Below are positions 9,322 through 18,369 of a DNA stretch of 64,000 nt, piece by piece; within the stretch, counting starts at the first letter, position 1; each line of letters starts with the position of its first letter. A model generated the notes under the pieces. The model was not told the DNA's origin. It ran no database searches and was given only the letters and a program-made list of their open reading frames with translations. Origin of the DNA: Oscillospiraceae bacterium (lineage in GTDB: Bacteria > Bacillota > Clostridia > Oscillospirales > Oscillospiraceae); assembly GCA_017456645.1 (NCBI GenBank), contig JAFTIZ010000016.1, positions 5,251 to 69,250 of the forward strand. The letters are read 5' to 3'. A program made the translations under genes and the position numbers.

Positions 9322-9653
9322 GCATGGCCATCGTCAAGCTCCATGCCAATGAGATCTGGGCTCGCCGGGGTTATCCCGGCAGCCTGATGCCCCATATCAC
9401 GGACACGGCGGTGGTGGTGAACATCCACAAGTATTCGCCGGAGGGGATCGTGCTGGTGGCAGAGATCTGTGCGCCTATGACCAAGGGCATGCACGCCTGC
9501 GAGGACATGGCCAAGCGCATCGATGCGCTCTGGTCAGAGGACGGCGGGGTCGTGACTTATGGTGGCCACAAGTTTGACGGCAAAAGCGGCCTGTATCAAA
9601 TGTCCCTGTACGGTCAGTGGCTGAACGCCACGGAGGAAACCACCGGGGAATGA
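9303..9653 (+). CDS. Putative neck/tail-terminator-like protein
   Basis: 116 aa, last gene of operon; assignment by size and position only. Confidence 0.4.
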   Translation: MGSYSVGMAIVKLHANEIWARRGYPGSLMPHITDTAVVVNIHKYSPEGIVLVAEICAPMTKGMHACEDMAKRIDALWSEDGGVVTYGGHKFDGKSGLYQMSLYGQWLNATEETTGE

Positions 9654-9665
9654 TCGAATAAAAGG

Positions 9666-9705
9666 AAACGGTGCTTGCCATTTGGCAAGCACCGTTTTGT
9701 TATTT
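9666..9705. terminator. Bidirectional intrinsic terminator closing the capsid operon
   Basis: AAACGGTGCTTGCCA-tt-TGGCAAGCACCGTTTT hairpin between convergent genes. Confidence 0.8.
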
Positions 9706-9869
9706 TATCAGTTTTTGAATCTTTTCAGCAATGGGGCAGCTGGGGGCGTAGGGACAATCGGGAAAGGCGCAATCCGCTTCTGTCAGGCTGCCGTTTTCCG
9801 TGACCGCGGCCACCATACGGCTCTGATCCATGGCGCGGCAATAGCCGCTGAGAAAAGTTTCTTGCTCCA

Positions 9870-11717
9870 TTATTCTTCTTCGACTACGCAGAAGCCCTTT
9901 TCACCCAGAAGGATGCCGTCGGCGCAAAGAGTGCGGATGTTGTGACCCAGCAGGATCTTGCCGGGGGCGATCTCCCAGGGATCACGGCCGCGGTTCATAT
10001 AGACCAGCACCTTCTTGCCCTGCCAACTGCGGCTGAAGCCCACCCGGCGGTTATCGGCGTAGAAGAAGCGGATGTCACCCATGCGCAGGGTCTCGCAGTT
10101 TTTGCGAAGCTGACCCAGCTGACGGAAGTGAGTCAGCAGCTCCTGATCCTCACGGCCCCAAGGGTAGGTGCGGCGGTTGAAGGGATCCTTACAGCCTTCC
10201 ATGCCGGCTTCGTCGGCATAGTATAGGCTGGGAGCGCCGGGGAGGGTGTACTGCAGGAAGGAGGCCAGCATCAGCCGCTCTTGAGCGATCAGATACTGGG
10301 TGCGGCTCAGGAAACGCTTGGATTGCTCCTCACGGGTACCTTCGTAATTGTCCACCAGAGTGGTCAGGATACGGGCGGTATCGTGGGTGCCCAGCAGGTT
10401 CATATTACATTGAACTACCTGAGGGGGATAGTTCTCCACAATGGACATGACGGTGTTTTTCAGACCGGGGCCGTTATCCCAGCCGCGGATGAAATTGATG
10501 ATGGCATTGCGGAAGGGGTAGTTCATGGCGGAATCCAGAATGCCGTCCACGAAATAGCGGCGGCGGACACCGTAAGCGGACTTGTTGGAAGCATCCTCCC
10601 AGACCTCGCCGATGAGCAGTGCGTCGGGCTTGATCTGGCGGATGCGCTTTTTCAGCATCAGCACAAATTCATCGGGGATCTCATCCACCACGTCCAGACG
10701 GAAACCGTCGGCACCGGCTTTGAGCCAGTGAGCCACTACGGAGTCCTCATCGGTGATGATGTACTTGATGAAGGCGGGATCCATTTTGTTGATGGTGGGC
10801 AGTGTATCGAAGCCCCACCAGGAGTGGTAGGAATTGGGCCAGTTGTAGAATTTATACCAGCTGTGGTAGGGAGAGGTTTCGGAATTGTAGGCGCCGTCGC
10901 TGTCGAAGTGCTTGTACTTGTTGAAATACAGGCTGTCGGAGCCGGTGTGGGAATACACGCCGTCCAGCACGATCTTGATGCCACGCTTGTGAGCCTCGTT
11001 GCAAAGTTGGGTAAATTCCTCCTCGGTGCCCAGCATGGGGTCGGGGGTCTTGTAGTCACCGGTGTCGTAGCGGTGGCTGGAGAAGCTCTTGCTGATGGGA
11101 TTCAGATAGATGATGCTCACGCCCAGATCGGCGATGTAATCCAGCTTTTCCATGATGCCCTTGAAGTTGCCGCCGTAGAAATCGTTATTCAGCACCAGAC
11201 CTTCCTTGTTGGGACGCCAATCCACCTCTTCATTCCAGTTCAGGTGAACGGTATAGGGCTCCAGCTTGCCGGTCAGGTCGCACTTGCCGGACTTGTGGAA
11301 GCGGTCGGGGAAGATCTGATAGATCAGAGCGCCCTTGGCCCAATCGGGAGTGGTGAAATCCGCGGGGACACAGCTGACCTGCCAGCAATCGCCGGCCTCC
11401 ATATTGGTATCCTCGCTGCCGAATTTGAACAGCTTAAAGTCACCGCCGCGGTTGTAAATGCGAAAGTAATAGAAAAACAGACCGCACTTGCTGAAGGAGA
11501 ACTTGCCCATGAAGATATCGTAGGGGCCGTCCTTCATTCTGTAGTCCATGGCCACGATCTGAGCCAGCGCGCCATGCTCGTGGTTGATGATGCACTCGAC
11601 CTTGGTGGCTTGCACGGTGGAGGGGATGTGGATGTTCAGTGTGCAGATCTGATCGGGAACCAGAGTGCCGAAAGGGTCTTTGTACTTAGTTTGCTTACTG
11701 TCAAACAGAATACGCAT
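9870..11717 (-). CDS. GH13 neopullulanase/amylopullulanase-type glycosidase
   Basis: YQIFPDRF, LDGVYSH, GFRLDVVDE, IGEVW, LLGTHD catalytic motifs. Confidence 0.93.
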   Translation of the reverse strand: MRILFDSKQTKYKDPFGTLVPDQICTLNIHIPSTVQATKVECIINHEHGALAQIVAMDYRMKDGPYDIFMGKFSFSKCGLFFYYFRIYNRGGDFKLFKFGSEDTNMEAGDCWQVSCVPADFTTPDWAKGALIYQIFPDRFHKSGKCDLTGKLEPYTVHLNWNEEVDWRPNKEGLVLNNDFYGGNFKGIMEKLDYIADLGVSIIYLNPISKSFSSHRYDTGDYKTPDPMLGTEEEFTQLCNEAHKRGIKIVLDGVYSHTGSDSLYFNKYKHFDSDGAYNSETSPYHSWYKFYNWPNSYHSWWGFDTLPTINKMDPAFIKYIITDEDSVVAHWLKAGADGFRLDVVDEIPDEFVLMLKKRIRQIKPDALLIGEVWEDASNKSAYGVRRRYFVDGILDSAMNYPFRNAIINFIRGWDNGPGLKNTVMSIVENYPPQVVQCNMNLLGTHDTARILTTLVDNYEGTREEQSKRFLSRTQYLIAQERLMLASFLQYTLPGAPSLYYADEAGMEGCKDPFNRRTYPWGREDQELLTHFRQLGQLRKNCETLRMGDIRFFYADNRRVGFSRSWQGKKVLVYMNRGRDPWEIAPGKILLGHNIRTLCADGILLGEKGFCVVEEE

Positions 11718-11750
11718 AACGATCTCCTAGTGAATGGTTGTTGAAGAAAA

Positions 11751-11764
11751 TGGAAACGTTTCCA
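11751..11764. promoter_or_regulatory. LacI/CcpA-family operator upstream of the GH13 gene
   Basis: Perfect palindrome TGGAAACGTTTCCA about 35 nt upstream of the GH13 start. Confidence 0.7.
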
Positions 11765-11944
11765 ATATTCTCGACAACTATTATACACTATTTTCTAGGA
11801 AAAAGGAAGAGGGAACCGACAAAAATGTTGTAATCGGGGGATGCTTCAATAATTTCCGGACGATAGCCAATTCAACCCCTTGCATATTGCCGGGATTTGC
11901 GGTAAACTAAATTGGTTATGCAATTGTATAGAAAGGAAAAAACA

Positions 11945-13351
11945 ATGGGCAATCAAAAGATTTCCACTCCGTTGACGGAGAATAAAATGGGCGTAATGCC
12001 CGTGGGCAAGCTGCTGGTGAATATGGCTACGCCCATGATCATTGCTATGCTGGTTCAGGCATTTTACAATGTGGTGGACAGCTATTTCGTTTCCAGAATT
12101 TCCGACCAGAAGGAGATCAGGGAAAGTGCCATCGCCGCCATGAGTCTGGCGTTTGCGGTGCAGAATATCCTCATTGGCTTTGCCGTAGGCATCGGCGTGG
12201 GCGTGAACGCCCTGCTGAGCAAATCCCTGGGCGAGGGCAATCAGGAGCGAGCTAATCGCGCCGCCGGCAACGGCATGACCCTTGCGGTATTGGCAACGCT
12301 GATCTTTATGGTTTTCGGTGTCGTCGGAACAAGACCTTATTTCCAGATGATGTCCAATTCCGCACTGACCGTGAAATTCGGCACTCAGTACATCTCCATC
12401 TGCTGCCTGTTCAGTCTGGGCGTTTTCATTGAAGTGCTGGGCGAGCGGCTGCTGCAGGCTTCGGGACGTACCATGTACACCATGGTCACCCAGGGTGTGG
12501 GCGCGGTCATCAACATCATTCTCGACCCGATCCTGATCTTCGGTTACGGCCCATTCCCGGAAATGGGCATCGCCGGCGCGGCGGTGGCCACGGTGGCCGG
12601 CCAGTGGGTGGCGGCGATTCTGGCCATTCTCTTCAATCTGAAATTCAATCCCGATGTGCAGTTCGGTCTGCGCTATTTCAAGCTGCGCGCGGATGTAGTC
12701 AAACCCGTGCTGACAGTGGGCATCCCCTCCGTGATCATGAACAGCATTGGTTCTGTTATGAACATCGGCATCAACAAGATTCTTCAGGGCTTTACCCAGT
12801 ACGGCGAGGTGCCGGTAAATGTGTTCGGCATTTATTTCAAGCTCCAGAGCTTCTTCTTTATGCCTCTGTTCGGCATGAACAATGCCACCATTTCCATCGT
12901 GGCCTTTAACTACGGTGCCAGAAAGCCGGAGCGGATCACCAAGACCTTGAAGATCGCCTGCACCAGCGCGCTGGTATTTATGCTGGCGGGTCTGGCGGTG
13001 TTCCAGGCTGTGCCGGAGCTGCTGCTGGGCATCTTCGATACCTCGGCGGACTTCCTGCACATGGGCGGCAGAGCGCTGCGGATCATCAGCCTGTGCTTCC
13101 CCTTCGCGGCGGTGTGTATCGCGCTGGGTGCCAGCTTTCAGGCTTTGGGCAACGGAATGTATTCCACCATCGTATCTTTGTGCCGCCAGCTGATCGTGCT
13201 GCTGCCGGTGGCCTATCTGCTTAGCTTGACCGGTGAGGTCAACGCGGTGTGGTGGGCATTCCCTGTTGCGGAGCTGATGAGCCTTACGGCAACGGTGATC
13301 CTGTTTGTCCGGATCTACCGCCGGAAGCTGCGGCCTTTGTACCATGAATAA
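11945..13351 (+). CDS. MATE family efflux transporter
   Basis: ENKMGVMPV, NVVDSYFV, INIILDPILIFG, GIAGAAVAT; about 12 TM. Confidence 0.95.
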   Translation: MGNQKISTPLTENKMGVMPVGKLLVNMATPMIIAMLVQAFYNVVDSYFVSRISDQKEIRESAIAAMSLAFAVQNILIGFAVGIGVGVNALLSKSLGEGNQERANRAAGNGMTLAVLATLIFMVFGVVGTRPYFQMMSNSALTVKFGTQYISICCLFSLGVFIEVLGERLLQASGRTMYTMVTQGVGAVINIILDPILIFGYGPFPEMGIAGAAVATVAGQWVAAILAILFNLKFNPDVQFGLRYFKLRADVVKPVLTVGIPSVIMNSIGSVMNIGINKILQGFTQYGEVPVNVFGIYFKLQSFFFMPLFGMNNATISIVAFNYGARKPERITKTLKIACTSALVFMLAGLAVFQAVPELLLGIFDTSADFLHMGGRALRIISLCFPFAAVCIALGASFQALGNGMYSTIVSLCRQLIVLLPVAYLLSLTGEVNAVWWAFPVAELMSLTATVILFVRIYRRKLRPLYHE

Positions 13352-13353
13352 AG

Positions 13354-13384
13354 AACAGGCGGTCCGGATGGACCGCCTGTTTTG
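13354..13384. terminator. Intrinsic terminator
   Basis: AACAGGCGGTCC-ggat-GGACCGCCTGTT-TTT between convergent genes. Confidence 0.8.
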
Positions 13385-13429
13385 GTTAAAAAGATTACAA
13401 TTACAGCTCCGCCGTCGGGACGAAGGAAA

Positions 13430-14284
13430 TCATACAGTGGTTTCGCTCCGGGCGGTAAAGTACACCATGCCGTCATCATCCACTGTGACATCAACGACGC
13501 TGATCTTCTGGGTACCGTCCTTCATCGTCACTGTGGTGGTGATGGTGCTGGCGATGGAAGACAAGGAAATTGTAGGATCATTTTCCAGCTTCCATATCAT
13601 ATCCGCAGACGGCATCCAGATCATATTCTCACCGCCGCCGCTGAATTGCCACCGCTCAGAATAGTACTCTCCCGGAACCGTTTTTCCGGTCTGCGGATCC
13701 TTCCACGTTTCGATATGCCACATCTGCCCATCGCCGGTTACAGAAACCCGGACACTTTCCACCAGACTAGGGGTTTCAATGGGCACGTGAAGGCAGCCTG
13801 CGGAGATAATGGTGACCATGCCGTTTGGGCCGGTAGCAAAATAGCTGCTGTTATCCGAAAAAAGGTCTTTAATCTGCTCCCAAACAGAGGCGGCATATTT
13901 CTTTTCCGCTTCATAGGCCGCCTGAATCTCATCTTCCGTCATATCCCTGATGTCCAGGACCCGAATTTGCTGCTGGCCGGAAGTTTTATTTCCATTTTCC
14001 AGAATAACAATATCGTCTGCTGCTGCCGTATCAGCCAGTAAGAAAATCCTCATAGGCTTCAACTTTATGTCGGTTCCGGTCTGAACCTGTGGTCCCGGAC
14101 CGGGCTGAGCCTGCACCGCCGGGTCGGACGGCTGCTCTCTTAGGGTCACAGCGGAGATCACCAGCGCGCAGACACACAGCAGAGCCGATGCTGCCATAAT
14201 GATATTGCGTTTTCGTGCGGCCCGTTGGACTTTGGCTCTGGCCATTACGGATTGGGCCATTTCTTCAGAAGTTTTCATATTCAA
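13430..14284 (-). CDS. Putative anti-sigma factor (single TM, extracellular domain)
   Basis: Overlaps ECF sigma gene; short N-terminus, one TM, Pro/Gln linker, extracellular domain. Confidence 0.65.
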   Translation of the reverse strand: MNMKTSEEMAQSVMARAKVQRAARKRNIIMAASALLCVCALVISAVTLREQPSDPAVQAQPGPGPQVQTGTDIKLKPMRIFLLADTAAADDIVILENGNKTSGQQQIRVLDIRDMTEDEIQAAYEAEKKYAASVWEQIKDLFSDNSSYFATGPNGMVTIISAGCLHVPIETPSLVESVRVSVTGDGQMWHIETWKDPQTGKTVPGEYYSERWQFSGGGENMIWMPSADMIWKLENDPTISLSSIASTITTTVTMKDGTQKISVVDVTVDDDGMVYFTARSETTV

Positions 14285-14819
14285 AGCCCTCCTTGATCAA
14301 TTGATTTTTCAATGCCCGTCTTGCTCGGGACACCAGCATTTCTGTATTATGGGTGGATTTTTTCATGATCTTACCGGCCTGAGCGCAGCTAAAGCCTTCG
14401 AAGTAAATCAGCCACAGAACCTGACGGTATTCCGGCTTCAGCTCCTTCATGACCCGGTGGAGCGTCCGCATAGTTTCCTGCTGTATGTATTCCCGTTCCA
14501 GATCGGCATCATCGGCAGAAAAGGGAGCCGCATCCTCCAATGGAGCAGGGGCGTTTTTGTTGCGCCGCAGATGGTCCAAGGCCAGATTACGGCCGATGGC
14601 GTAAAGCCAGGTCTTAAAGCCGGATCTCGCTGAAAACCGCGGTTTTTTCAGCACCAGCTTCAAAAAAGTATCCTCTGTCAGTTCCTCCGCCACAGTTAAA
14701 TTGGAAACGAAGCTGTTCAGATACAGCATCAGCCCGTCCTTATACGCGTCAATAAGCCGAACCAATGCTGCTTCGTCCCCGTTCAGGAACAGCCGGTAAT
14801 CCTGTTCTCCTTGATCCAT
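14265..14819 (-). CDS. ECF RNA polymerase sigma factor
   Basis: AEELTEDTFLKL, FKTWLYAIGRNLALDHLRR, region 4 LIYFEGFS..AGKIM. Confidence 0.93.
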   Translation of the reverse strand: MDQGEQDYRLFLNGDEAALVRLIDAYKDGLMLYLNSFVSNLTVAEELTEDTFLKLVLKKPRFSARSGFKTWLYAIGRNLALDHLRRNKNAPAPLEDAAPFSADDADLEREYIQQETMRTLHRVMKELKPEYRQVLWLIYFEGFSCAQAGKIMKKSTHNTEMLVSRARRALKNQLIKEGFEYENF

Positions 14820-14940
14820 CGAAGCCCTCCTTTCCTTGCCTTTTCACCTCTTAGACGCATGGCGGGATAAAAACCTCACACATTTATCTTACCGTCTTCT
14901 CAAATAAACACAGGGCTGACCGAGGTCAGCCCTGTGTGCT

Positions 14941-15351
14941 TTATTGATTTTCCCGCAGAAGGTCACCCAGTGTAATGCCTTCGAAAAATTCGTCGATCAT
15001 TCTATCCAGCCGTTCCCACATGGGCAAGGTCTGGCAACAGGTGGAGCGGGAGCAGGCCGCCGGGCCCTGACTGGTGCAGGACACCGTAGCAAGGCTGCCC
15101 TCGGTGAGCTTGAGGATTCCGCCGACGGTGTAGCCGTCGGGGCTGCGGTTCAGGCGGTAGCCGCCGCCCTTGCCGTGGACGGCATCCACAAAATCCGCTT
15201 TGGACAGCACCGTCATGATGCTCTCCAGATATTTCTGGGAAATGCCTTCCGTTTCCGCGATCTCCTTCAGGGGGATATAGTCCTCCTGCCCGTGCTGGGC
15301 AAGGTAGACCATGACCCGCAGGGCATAACGTCCCTTGGTGGATACGATCAT
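14941..15351 (-). CDS. Rrf2 family regulator (IscR/CymR-like)
   Basis: STKGRYALR, ISQKYLE, GKGGGYRL, Cys cluster C..C..CC. Confidence 0.92.
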   Translation of the reverse strand: MIVSTKGRYALRVMVYLAQHGQEDYIPLKEIAETEGISQKYLESIMTVLSKADFVDAVHGKGGGYRLNRSPDGYTVGGILKLTEGSLATVSCTSQGPAACSRSTCCQTLPMWERLDRMIDEFFEGITLGDLLRENQ

Positions 15352-15354
15352 GGC

Positions 15355-15783
15355 TTACTCGCAGTGAGCGCAATGCTCACAGTCGGGGAACATGGAAGCA
15401 TCGTAGGGAATATTGTTGCGGTCGTAATAGTCCTTCAGGGCATTCTTAATGGCCTCCTCCGCCAGCACGGAGCAGTGCATCTTGTGCAGGGGCAGACCGT
15501 CCAGCGCCTCGGCAACCGCCTGGTTGGTCAAGGTCATGGCGTCCTGAATGGACTTGCCCTTGATCATTTCGGTGGCCATGGAGGAAGAGGCGATGGCGGA
15601 GCCGCAGCCGAAGGTTTCAAACTTTACGTCCACGATGATGTCATTCTCGATCTTCAGGTAGATCTTCATGATGTCGCCGCACTTGGCGTTGCCCACCTCG
15701 CCGACACCGTCGGCATTTTCGATGACACCCACGTTCCGGGGGTGGGTGAAGTGATCCATAACTTTTTCACTGTACAGAGCCAT
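15355..15783 (-). CDS. nifU: Fe-S cluster scaffold NifU/IscU
   Basis: GNAKCGD, FGCGSAIASSS, KMHCS. Confidence 0.96.
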   Translation of the reverse strand: MALYSEKVMDHFTHPRNVGVIENADGVGEVGNAKCGDIMKIYLKIENDIIVDVKFETFGCGSAIASSSMATEMIKGKSIQDAMTLTNQAVAEALDGLPLHKMHCSVLAEEAIKNALKDYYDRNNIPYDASMFPDCEHCAHCE

Positions 15784-15800
15784 ATGATTTCTCTCCTATT

Positions 15801-16988
15801 TTACAAAATATATTCTCTCTTGCCGGTCTGCAGATCTCTCCAAACGGGGGAGATGCTCCGCAGATAGGCCACTACCTCGGGAACCACGGTCAGAATGTGA
15901 TCCATTTCCTCCATGGTGTTGTACTCGCTGAGGCTGAGGCGCAGGGAGCCGTGAGCCACATCGTGGACACGTCCGATGGCCAGCAGCACATGGCTGGGAT
16001 CCAGACTACCGCTGGTGCAGGCAGAGCCGGAGGAGGCGCACACGCCCTTCATGTCCAGCAGGAGCAGCAGGCTTTCGCCTTCGATGCCCTCAAAGCAGAA
16101 GCTGACGTTGTTAGGTAGACGGTTCACCGCATCGCCGTTGAGGGCGCAGTGGGGGATCTTGCGCAGACCTTCGATGAGCTTGTCACGCATGGCGGCTACC
16201 TTAGCCATGTTGGTGTCCATGTTCGCGCAGGCATCCTCCAGCGCGGCGGCCATGCCCATGATGGCGGGCAGGTTTTCCGTGCCGGCTCGCTTGCCCCGTT
16301 CCTGAGCGCCACCGTCGATGACGTTGACCAGAGGGAAGCCACGGCGGCAGTACAGAGCGCCCACGCCCTTGGGGCCGTGGAACTTGTGGCCGGACAGGCT
16401 CAGCAGGTCGATGTTCTGCTCCTTGACATTGATGTGCAGATGACCGGCGGCCTGCACCGCATCGGTGTGGAAGGGGACGCCGGCGGCTTTGCAAACCGCG
16501 CCGATCTCGGCGATGGGCAGCACGGAGCCGATCTCGTTGTTGGCATACATGACGGTTACGAGGCAGGTGTCCTCACGGATAGCATCGGCTACCTGCTGGG
16601 CAGTGATGTTGTGATTGTTCTTTACATCCAGCAACGTGACTTCAAAACCCTCTTTTTCCAGCTTATTCAGGGTGTGCAGTACGGCGTGGTGCTCAAAAGC
16701 GGTGGAAATAATATGTTTTTTGCCCTTGCGCGCGCCCAGACGGGCGGCGGAGATGATGGCCTGATTGTCGGCCTCGCTGCCGCCGGAGGTGAAGTAGATC
16801 TCACGGGGCTCGCAGCCGAGGCATTTGGCTACACGCTCACGGGCATCCTCCAGCGCTTCCTTGGCCTCCTGACCTACGGAATGCAGGCTGGACGGATTGC
16901 CGTAAACGGCTTCAAAGCCGGGCATCATAGCCTGAAGCGCAACGGAGCTGATCTTAGTCGTTGCGGCATTATCTGCGTAAACTTGCAT
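15801..16988 (-). CDS. nifS: Cysteine desulfurase NifS/IscS
   Basis: YADNAATT, GNPSSLH, SGHKFHGPKG, SSGSACTSGS. Confidence 0.97.
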   Translation of the reverse strand: MQVYADNAATTKISSVALQAMMPGFEAVYGNPSSLHSVGQEAKEALEDARERVAKCLGCEPREIYFTSGGSEADNQAIISAARLGARKGKKHIISTAFEHHAVLHTLNKLEKEGFEVTLLDVKNNHNITAQQVADAIREDTCLVTVMYANNEIGSVLPIAEIGAVCKAAGVPFHTDAVQAAGHLHINVKEQNIDLLSLSGHKFHGPKGVGALYCRRGFPLVNVIDGGAQERGKRAGTENLPAIMGMAAALEDACANMDTNMAKVAAMRDKLIEGLRKIPHCALNGDAVNRLPNNVSFCFEGIEGESLLLLLDMKGVCASSGSACTSGSLDPSHVLLAIGRVHDVAHGSLRLSLSEYNTMEEMDHILTVVPEVVAYLRSISPVWRDLQTGKREYIL

Positions 16989-17009
16989 GGAAATTCCTCC
17001 AAAATTGAT

Positions 17010-17059
17010 TTACCTATTTTTTCTATGGGTAATATAGCACCGCTTACCTACTTTGTCAA
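17010..17059 (-). promoter_or_regulatory. sigmaA promoter of nifS-nifU-rrf2 with possible Rrf2 operator
   Basis: Minus strand TTGACA-17 nt-TATATT; imperfect palindrome TTACCTAT..ATGGGTAA adjoining the -10. Confidence 0.6.
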
Positions 17060-17192
17060 TGGGTAAATATCGCGATTAAAACGTGATTTCCAGCTTAGGA
17101 AGGCATGCCCTGAACTTTCGACATTTACTGCGGTTATGATGGCCTGAGCGGCGGAATATTAACAGGGCAGACGAAAAAAGGAGGGGCGGGAA

Positions 17193-18161
17193 ATGAAGAA
17201 GATCATCTATCGAATGATCGCGGCGGCGCTGTGTCTGTGGCTGCTGCCGCTGGAGGCTTTTGCGGCGCAGAGTCTGGTTCCGGTGGGGCAGGTGATCGGG
17301 CTGGAGCTGCTGAGTGATACGGTGTCCGTGGCGGCGTTTGATGAAACGCTGGGCGTATGGGCACAAAAAGCCGGTCTGCAGATCGGCGATGAAATATTGG
17401 ATATCGATGGCGTGACGGTGGACAGCGCCCGGGATGTGGCGCAGGCGCTGCAGCGCTCCGACGGGCAGATTCGCATGCGGATCTTGCGCAAGGATCAGCA
17501 GCACGAGCTGTGCCTGACGCCTCAGATCACGGCGGAAGGGCCACGGCTGGGCGTTTATCTGCGTCAGGGTGTCACCGGTATCGGCACGGTGACGTGGTAC
17601 GATCCGGCCACGGGCAGGTTCGGCACGTTGGGTCACGGGGTCAACAACGCCAAAGGCGAGCTGGTTCAGATGACCACGGGCAATGCGTATCCTGCAAGCG
17701 TTCTGTCCGTCAAGCGGGGCAAATGCGGCGAGCCGGGGCAGCTGCGGGGCGGCGTGGATTGTCCCCAGAGTCTGGGTACTTTGGAAAAAAACACCCATCG
17801 GGGTGTGTTCGGCTCAGCGGAAACGGGCTGGGACGGCAAAACCATGGAAGTGGCGGCGCGCAATGAGATCCATACCGGCGCGGCGACCATCCGCTCCACG
17901 GTCTGCGGCAAAGAGGTTCGGGAATATTCTGTGGAAATTTTGAAGATCTATCCCGAAAAGCGGCAGGAGGAGCGCAATATGCTCATCCGGATCACAGACC
18001 CTGCGCTGCTGGAGGCCACCGGCGGAATCGTGCAGGGTATGAGCGGCTCACCGATCATTCAGGACGGCAAACTGGTCGGCGCGGTAACTCACGTCCTTGT
18101 TAACGATCCTACCACCGGATACGGTATTTTTATAGAAAATATGCTAGACGCTGCGGCGTAA
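17193..18161 (+). CDS. spoIVB: SpoIVB peptidase (S55) with PDZ domain
   Basis: GIGTVTW, LGHG, TGGIVQGMSGSPIIQDGKLVGAVTHV. Confidence 0.93.
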   Translation: MKKIIYRMIAAALCLWLLPLEAFAAQSLVPVGQVIGLELLSDTVSVAAFDETLGVWAQKAGLQIGDEILDIDGVTVDSARDVAQALQRSDGQIRMRILRKDQQHELCLTPQITAEGPRLGVYLRQGVTGIGTVTWYDPATGRFGTLGHGVNNAKGELVQMTTGNAYPASVLSVKRGKCGEPGQLRGGVDCPQSLGTLEKNTHRGVFGSAETGWDGKTMEVAARNEIHTGAATIRSTVCGKEVREYSVEILKIYPEKRQEERNMLIRITDPALLEATGGIVQGMSGSPIIQDGKLVGAVTHVLVNDPTTGYGIFIENMLDAAA

Positions 18162-18280
18162 AGCCTCCCTTGTGTAAAGGGAGGTGGCACGGCAAAGCCG
18201 TGACAGAGGGATCGTCATGTAACGAGATCTGACGATCCCCCGGTCAGCTTCGCCGAAAGCCCCCTTTGCATAAGGGGGTT
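18162..18280. repeat. REP-like multi-hairpin intergenic element
   Basis: CCTCCCTT-gtgta-AAGGGAGG, CACGGC-aaa-GCCGTG, GGGATCGTC..GACGATCCC and CCCCCTT-tgcat-AAGGGGG hairpins; resembles dispersed clostridial repeats. Confidence 0.6.
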
Positions 18281-18369
18281 TTTCTTTTTTGGAAGATCTC
18301 ATTTTATTCGGAAGAATGTTGACTTGTGGGCGCCCAATTTGCTACAATTAAATAAAAAAGGGTGTTTTT

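Noticed and set aside
3888-9653. Complete prophage or encapsulin call for the capsid cluster
   Set aside because: No integrase, att, replication, tail or lysis genes, so not a full prophage; terminase and portal imply DNA packaging, unlike encapsulins. A cleanly deleted prophage remnant is not fully excluded.
10281-13345. Long antisense ORFs (e.g. 10281..11744, 11846..13345; likewise 24094..25665, 33271..34725, 58552..60354)
   Set aside because: Shadow frames of well-supported genes on the opposite strand, expected with biased codon usage
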